Shown: positions 48,813 to 57,800 of the stretch, piece after piece
How positions within the stretch are numbered: the first letter of the stretch is position 1
How the letters are laid out: each line of letters opens with the position of its first letter
Translations under genes and position numbers: made by a program
Assembly: GCA_965603825.1 (NCBI GenBank)
Contig: CBFDEM010000007.1
Location: forward strand, 78,111 to 142,110
Origin: Blepharisma stoltei ATCC 30299
Taxonomy: Eukaryota > Protista > Ciliophora
Length of the DNA: 64,000 bases
Direction: 5' to 3'
The notes under the pieces: model-generated
Seen by the model: only the letters and a program-made list of their open reading frames with translations
Databases searched by the model: none
What the model was told of the DNA's origin: nothing

Positions 48813-51800
48813 CTAAACATCCACGAGGGATGCATGTCTAGCAGGCTTTCTTTCCTCTGCTTCAATTGTGTATGCCACTTCTTGGTCCGCTTGTTTGGCT
48901 TCTTCATCTTTTGTAAAGATTCTATGCATATCACGAACATCTCCTGCTTCGAATTCAAATGCTTCCTTCTTAGGAGAGTCAAAAGAGACTGCATGCTGCT
49001 CATCGACTTCTTCTAAGATTGGGATGACCTTAGCAGAAGGTAACTCTTCAAGGAATAGTCTCTTTCTTTTGCTAAATGCGTAAATAAAGATTGACCCTAC
49101 TGCCATGATGACTAAAATAATACCAACTAGGAGTCCAATAACCCAGTCGCTCACAGCCTCATTAAAAGTGCCTCTAAATATAAGGTTTGACCCTCCTCCA
49201 TTATCAGTGCTTCCACCTCCATTATCTGTATTTCCACCATTAGTATTTCCACCATCAGAATTGCCACCAGTGCTTTGTCCCCCATCAGTGCTTCCAGTTC
49301 CCCCAGTGCTTATTGCAGTTGTTGCTGTATCATTGACGATAGACGTCTGGGAGTCTACACTTAATACATCTTTTCCAAGAGCTTGGGTAAGTTTTCCATT
49401 AGATGCGAGCTGGGTAACAAGTGCGTTAATGCTTGCTAATTCTTTGTCTGAGGTTTTAGCGCCGGTTGAGTCTGTTTGACCTACCAAGGTATCGTTCGGT
49501 CTAATGAACATATTAAGGATAACTGAGCCTTGCTTGACACTTGCGATTCTTATTCTATAGGATGGGATGCCAAGGACTGCTGCAAGCTTATCGACTAAGG
49601 TAGCACGAGTATTGTCAGTATAGAACTCTGTCAGTGTCATATCGAGTTCCATGGTCAGTCTTACAGAGCTTGTCTGAACCAGAGTGACATTTGCATGACC
49701 TTTTTGGACCCACTGGATAGTGTTATTTTCGTGAAACCATCTATTTGTTCCTGTTTTGTCAGCTAGTTGGCACACTGGAGTAGTTGCAGCACCGTTATAT
49801 TCAATCCCGTCTACTTTTGTACCATTAACATAGACATCGACAATGACTGGGCTGTCATATTTAAGAGTCATGACGAATCCTCTAGACTGATCTATTGAAG
49901 CCTCAGTTATAATTGAAAATTTAGTCGGCGGAGTACCAGTCGTTGTTAAATTATAATACTGCCCTGTATAAATGATTGACCCAAACCTACTTAAATGCAA
50001 ACCGTCTCTATAGAAAGCTTCCCAAGTCATATCTTCATACTCATTTAGGTCATTTCTAAATGCTCCATAGTTGTAGCTCTTGAATGCATAGCCATTTCCG
50101 ATGTCAACTGAAGTTATATTCAATGGTGAAAACGTTCTGTTCCATTTATCCGTGTCTTGCGACTCAATAATGACATATTCATAGACTTCTCCTGAGGCTG
50201 TATCATATGGGCAAATATAAACTTGACCTTGGGTATATGGCTTGCATATGTTTATATTTGCAATGCCTGGAACTAAAGGAATTACAGCCCCTCCTATAGA
50301 GCCACCTGTAATAGTTCCATCAATATCTTGGATTAAATTGTTATTAGCCCCTGTACATACCCAATCTCCACAAAAGCCAACACCAATCAAACTCTTATCA
50401 GGAGATGGCATATAAGCAATTGAACCTTTGTCTACATTGATAAATGTGGATTTTGAGAACAAGTTAGGCTGAGGCAGGTTAGGGACTTGGTCATTCCCAC
50501 TGATTGCATAATCCCTTCCACATCCTGTTTTAATAAAGTTCACGAAGGTTGAATCTGAGTATTCCCAGTGGCCATAGCCGCATTCAGGCTTTTTGGCATT
50601 AGAAAGTGGAAGTATGATTTTCTCATCATAAGATAGAGGGATGATCTTAATATCGTGGACACCTGTTACAATCCCTCCTCTGTCAGCACAATCACTTGAT
50701 ATACAGTTATTAGGGTCACAGTAGCTTTGCTGAGTTCTTCCCACAAGTAAACTGTCAGTAATTGTGTTTATATATGAGACCATATCATCTTCATGTTGGC
50801 CTCTCATTGCAATACCCATTTGATTTTCTACAAGGACAAGTCCTGATAACTGGAACCTGTTCATTGTGCCACCTTGAGAGCCTACACCTTGCCCACAGAA
50901 CCAAGCCTTAAGACCATTTGCACTTATACAAGTTACGTCATTTTGGCCACTAAGCATATAGCCATAGTCTGAAGAATGGGCAACGTTGTCTGAGATGTAA
51001 TGAGTGATTACATTAGTATCACAGTCTTGGCCTCCAAGCACAAAAGCTATACTATCAGATGCGGCGACTCTGTTTCCAATCGTTGACACATTACTACATA
51101 CAGGACTATCTGCGCATATAAAGAACCCTGCAGGGACGTCTAAAGTATTGCTCAAAAAGCCTCTATTTGCTGTCTTTATAAGCACGTTATCTGTAATCGA
51201 TACATTCTTGATATCAGATCCCACGATTCCTTTCCAAATGGTCTTATACATGAAGTTGCTAGAGAACTCAATATTGTTAGCTTCATGGAAAAAGGCTGCA
51301 TATGTATAAGAATCGCGGAAGACTGAGTTGTGGACTCGTGATGCGATTTTTCCACCAAGCTCAAATCTTATGGAAGCCTTATAGGTGTCTTCTTGGCCGC
51401 ATTTTGAAAATTCGACATTTGTCATATTGACTCTGCCATACCTGTAGGCAGGAGTGCCACTTGTAGTTAAAACATCGTAGAAATCACTCACAATTGATGT
51501 GCAGCCCCAACCAATGTAGCCGTCACCTTGGATTTTTACATTTCTGCTGAGAACGCCTACTTCAGTTCTAGTATCAACTGTGACACCTTGGATCAGCATT
51601 TGGACTCCAGAGTGGTAGTATTTAAGCGTGCCGTTTAGGACAATCTTGGTAATTCCTGTAGAAGAGCCTGGAACTGACTGCTGGGACAAGCTTTGGTCAG
51701 TGCTGGCTGGATTTTTTCCTGCAGTTCGAAGATTGTTAACTTTTTGCCAGTCAGGATCAGTTGCAAAATCTACAAGCATCCTGGAATTGTTCATAGCCGG

Positions 51801-54800
51801 AATAGTGTACTGAGCAGAAGCCCCAATTATGTCTGTAATCACAAAGACCTCGTCTTCTGTCTTATCAAATCCAGATGGAGCAATTGCAATTTCGTCTCCA
51901 ATACTCCAATCAACACTATCAACAAAAATGAATGAGTCGCCTGGGTATGCATTTTGAGCCAGCAAAGAATATGCAGTCTTAGGGTAACCGTGCATTTGGA
52001 CTTCTCCAGTGATGGCGAATACTTTATTGCCACCTTCAACGTCATTGGAAAAAGCGAATTCTTCAGAGTTTGGATTGCCATGAAGAGTGATTGTGTGGAA
52101 AATGTTAGGAGGGATAGGATATTCCTCGCTTCCTGCTTTCACTTTTCCACCCCTTACGAAGATCCATTCAGAGCTCAATGATACGTTTTTGGTTCTGTCA
52201 AATTCTAGAAGCCCGTTAATTTCAACATAGTGAAATACAGGAGTGTCAATGTCCAGCATTAAGTGCCAGGTATTTAAAACATAAACATTTTGACCAGCTG
52301 TCGGCAATACTCCACTGCGCCAAATTGTAGGGTCGCTCCAATAGACAACTGTTAAGTTCGTTAAGCTGTCGTCAGTTGTGGATAAATCACTACAATGGTC
52401 CCCAAAGCATCTTGAAGCAAGAAGGTGTATAGGCCCATATTGATATAAATTGTCGTTAACTCCGTTAATGAGGATATCGATTCTTCTGTTATCTGTTGAA
52501 TTGTCCCAGTAAAATGTTCCTGAAGTATCTGTAGCGACGTTGAAATGGGTAGTATTTTTCATTTTTGTAGGATCAACAAAGCCAGATGCGGAAGTGTTTA
52601 CAGATGATGGGAGAGTTCCGCGGGTCAGATTGAACATTTCACGGTGGTCTGTGAAGTTCATGCTTATTATAACCCATTTGTCAGCTTCATCATAGTCAAA
52701 TTGTTCAATCCTGATGTCCATTTGAGTAAAGTCTAAAGGATATCCTCTTCCCCAGAACAGTGTATAGTTATAGCCAGTGACAACTGGGATACCCCATCCT
52801 TTAAGTGGATCCTTTTTCTGACATGATTTAGTCATTGGCAAGACTCCCCAGGTTGGCTCAGTCACAGTAGTATTTGTCCCATTGACTGTAACTTCTACGT
52901 ATTCTGTTGGGAGTTGCTCTCCTGATGTTCTTCTTATATTCAAATTCTGGAATGCGAAAAGTCCATCTGAGACAAGGTTATAGAACAAGACTCTTTTTAC
53001 AGCCACAGTAGAGTCACAAGATATAGCGTTGTATAGTTCTTTTTCATACACACACTCAGGGGTTATTAAATGAGGCCAATATGCAGTCACATAAGACCCT
53101 GCTACACCATTATAAGAATCGTCAAGGAAGTGGAAGATTCCTCTGTATGGGACATTCCACGAAATTCTCTTATGGGAGTTAGTAAATGTAAGCCCAGAAA
53201 ACTTGTGCATGACCCCACCCCAATCTCTTGACTGAACATTGTCTGAGTGTGACTCATCTCCCAGAGGGAACATGTCGTCGTCAAAGTTATAGAACCTCAC
53301 ATTTTCTATTAAAAGTCCATCAGTCTGTGGCGTTGTCAGTCCAATTGCGCCGGAGACGTCGTTATCAGTGTTCCCAGACTTGCCGATAATCACAGCGTCA
53401 TGGATTCTGGCTGTTTTGTAAGGGGTAGAGAACTCTGAATAGGAAATTTCAATGCCATTTTTATGATGATCTGCCACTTTAAAGCCGATAAATCTGACAT
53501 CTCCTATATCTTCAGCAATAGCACCGTCTTGGTTATTTTTCCAGCCTGTATAATTGTAATAATAAGCAGTAACCGGGGTGTTAACTGAGAATGGGTCACG
53601 TAAGGTTTTATCTCTGCCTGGAGAGCAAGGATTTGCAAGAGGTATGTGGCCAAGCCAAATTCTGAAGCCGTATTTTCCATTAGAGTGGGCTGTATTGTTT
53701 GCAAATTGCCCTAGAGGGAGATATGGAGGACATATAAGAGTAGTAGCCGAAGGCCCGCTAGGATTCTCAGGTGGCTCAAACCAGTATCCAAACTTATCTG
53801 AGCCTGCTGCATGATTATTCAAGAAAATATTATTAGGGTTAGTGATCCAAAAAGTAGATGGCTCTTGGTCACTGTTCAGCAAAGAAAATGATGCAATAGT
53901 GCTGATTCCTAGGTTGTGGATGAACTTATTCATGGTTTCAATGCCATCTTCCACAAAATAAGCATGTCCTTTATTTCTGAACACTACGTTGTTTTCAAGG
54001 GTCTGATAATGGACACCGTGGGTTGTAATGGCTCTGTTGAAAGTATGGTGGATTGAGTTTCCTCGCACATAGGACAAGCTGACTTTTCCAATCATATGGA
54101 AGTGGATAGGATATCTTCCTAGTCTATAAGCCTGACCAGCATGATAAAACTCTGCATATTCAATTCTTCCAATACAAGACTCATCACCAGGAGCAAAAAG
54201 CATAACATGGACGCCACATTCTTGGGAGATGCCTTCAGGACCTGCTTGGATTAAAATATTTCTTGTCAATAAACCCACTTCAGCCCTCATATCCATAGTA
54301 TCAGAGCCATAAGTTTCAATAACTCCATAATGCTTATATACAAAAGGACTGGTTACAGTGATTTGTTTTCCGCTGACTGAAGCAATAGTCATCATTTCAG
54401 ATTCATTGTGGTCATAAGACGTAGAAGCGATTGCAATTACTTCGCCTGCGGCCCAGTCCACTGTTTCGGCAACTTTAAATGTAGTGTCGTCTGGAGCAAT
54501 TGTTCCATCTATAAAGGTCCATGCTGGAGTTCTTGCGACTCCGTGGATATCTAAAACTCCGCCTCTGACTGCAATAAACTGACTGCCATAGTAAGGCAAT
54601 AAAGCAGAGCTTCTGTCTCCATGGATTGTTATTGTGAATTTATTTTGGAATGGCTCTGCTTCTGTACCTATTTGAAAAAGTCCGCCTTGTATATAAATAT
54701 AGTCTGCATCGATACTGAGTCCTGGGACATCTTCTACTATAAGACCTCCTTCGATTACAATTAGCGTTAGATGAGGAGTGGCTATATCTAGCAAAATGTT

Positions 54801-57800
54801 CATGCCTACAGGGATAGAAACAGCTTCACCTTCAAATGGAGGCACTTCGCCACCCCAAGTTGTGTATGCACTCCACCGTTCTGCATAAAGGAAAGTTTTG
54901 CCATGAGTCACCACATAGCCAACCCCCGCAATTGCGATAGAAAGCGAAGGCGAAACATAATTTGGCCTAGGAGAAGTTGTGCATTGGATTTGGGTGCTGG
55001 TGACTGAAGTAACGCTACAAGAGACCTCATCAATAGTAATGGTCACATCAGAAACAGCTGTTGAAGCTCCAAATGAGCCTGTAAATGTTATAGTGTCTCC
55101 TCCAAGGCTTGTCCCGAATTTTGGAGAGAAGTCAGTGATGTATGGGGTGATGGAGCCTTTATATTGAATCGCCGAGGCATAAGAGCTTGAAGACCCTGAT
55201 AGGAGTCTGCTTGAAGTTGAAGGGTAGTTGGTTGTTAAGTCACAAGTGATATCTGTATCAGTCTCAGACAGTCCAATAAACCCAAATATAGAAACTTCAT
55301 TGATATAATAGTTGTTTCCTGCATATTCTTGATAGAGGCGGTAATATCTATATGTATATACAGGGTAATCATCAGAGTCTTGATTATTTACAGGGACGAC
55401 CCATTTGTTAGTATAATCCGTAACTGTTGTATAGTTGTATAAATTGTCCCACGTTGAGTTGTCGTTAGAGCCTTGAACAGTAGTGCCTATTAAATTAGTG
55501 TAGTAGTAATTGCCATTACCTCCTCCAATAAGAGTAACTTGGGAAAGTTGAATATAGCGTCCTAATCCTGCATCAACTCCGACATATGCATAGGTATGAG
55601 TAGTATCTCTATAATAAGTATTCACATTTCCGTCAAAAGCGTTTGCAGCGCCTGATGAAACACTAGAAAATACTGTAAAATCGCTTAGCTGGGTAGGATC
55701 ATTTGCTAAATTAAAAGAGTTTTGCGAGTAGGTTGTAACTATCTTAGGAGACAAACATGTTAATAAATCTCCAGTCGCCGTTTCAACGTTGCATTGGAAC
55801 CCACATAAGTATACTTTTAAGTTATCACTCAGTCCAGTACCAGTCAAGGTTACAGATTGGCCACCTTCATATGAGGACGGAGATGCATTCACATTTGCAA
55901 TAGAAAGGGCAATTTGAGAGCTCAACGACCCAGTTGAGTATCCGTACCCATCAACATGAAGCGATATCGTATAAGTCCCAGCTGGCGAAGTCGGAGTGCA
56001 AACGATTTGGCTTGCTGAAACAGAAGTGACTGTGCATGGGTAGCTGCCAAGATATACCTGGACTGTAGTTTGGTCGACCACTCCATTTCCTGATGGGGCG
56101 GTGAATGGAATCGTTAAGAATCCAGAGGTTGAAGACCCTAAAATTGGGGTAAATGCTGAAGAATATGAAATTGAACATTTAGAACTGTCTGAACACTCAT
56201 ATGAGCCTGTTCCAGAAATAACGAGATTTTGCGCAGTACTAGCTGCAGAATAAGGCCCAGCCTTACAGCTCGCTTGAGAGTTGGTGATCCCAGTTACTGT
56301 GCAAGCCACTGAGCCAAAAGTAAAAGCCATTCCAGTATCGAAGCCAGAACCCGATATGGTAATATCTTCTCCTCCTTGAGAAATTGTCTTTGGATTGACA
56401 TCTGAGACAAACACATTATTGTTGAACACAAGTGATGACATATCGGAAAGTCCTTGGCCGTCAATTGAAAGAGCCAAAGTAGGGTGGACCCCTTTGACAG
56501 CTGGGACAGTTGCCACAATTTCAGTATCGCTACATGAGGTAACAGTTGCTTCTACACCTCCAAATGATAAGTTGACTTTAGTTGAGTCAGTCCCAAATAC
56601 AGAGCCTACCAAAGTAATCGTATCGCCATAGGCACCACTATTAGGAGAAATTGAAGAGACCACTGGAGTCACTGAATTTGACCACGAAAATGAGCAAGTC
56701 CCCTTACATATACTTTCCATTTGAACTCTTCCAATAACAGTCACCGTATAAGCGGTATCAAGATTCATATCACTTGTATAGGATGGAGTGCTACAAGTTA
56801 TAACTTCTGACGATACCACATTTAAGTTTCCACATTCATGGTCTTCATTTCCAATTGTAATTATCAAAGAGCTCGAAACGCTTGAAAACCCATAGCCGTT
56901 TATAGTCAGAGTTGTTCCACCTTGGACTGAGCCTGAAGTTGGACTGATTGAAACCACATCAAATTTGAGGTCAAAGCTGTTAGTAATTGATGCATCAAAT
57001 TTAGCTATGCCATAAGGAGAAACTGATACAGTTATTGTATAAGTGCCTGGAGGACCTCCCAGTAAATGACAAACAATTTGAGTTGAGGTTGAGCTTACCA
57101 CCATGCAAACTTGGTCTCCAATTGTAACAGAAATGTCACTTGTGCTAGAAGAAAATAAAGTTCCTTGAAGGGTAATTTCTGTCTTAAATGTTGTACTGGC
57201 GTAAGATGGGCTAATAGAAGTAACGGTAGGGGTGCTGCTTGAGTCATAGAAGCTTGAAAAATAAGTTGCTAACTGTCCATTTACAGTTACAGCCACGTCT
57301 GAGCTAGAACTAGCTTGTGGGCCTGCGGCGCATTTAATTTGGGTCAAAGAAGTGCTAATTACAGTGCATTTAGCACCTTCAATTGTCACATATTGCTGAT
57401 AGGCAGAATTTGTTAGTGAGTCAAAAAAGCCAGTACCTGAAATAGTGACTGTTGTCCCTCCTTGGGTACTTCCAGATGATGGGGAAATTGAAGTTATTGT
57501 AGGTAAGGAGTCAATTGTACTTGTAAATGTAGAGTCTATTGGAATGATCCCTTGATCTGTAATTTTAACGACTGGCTGGTAGCTGCCTGCAACGCCATCT
57601 TGAAGAGTACAGGTGATTTGAGTAGCGTCATTGCTGACAGAAATGTCAATGCAAGCAGAAAACCCTACAGTAACTGATATCTGAGTTGCATCTGTAGGGA
57701 AGCTTTCGCCTACAATTGTAAGAGTGCCTGATGATTGACTAAAACTTGCTATTTTTGGAAAGCTAGGGTATGACAAATAGTTGTAGCTACAGTCCCCTCT

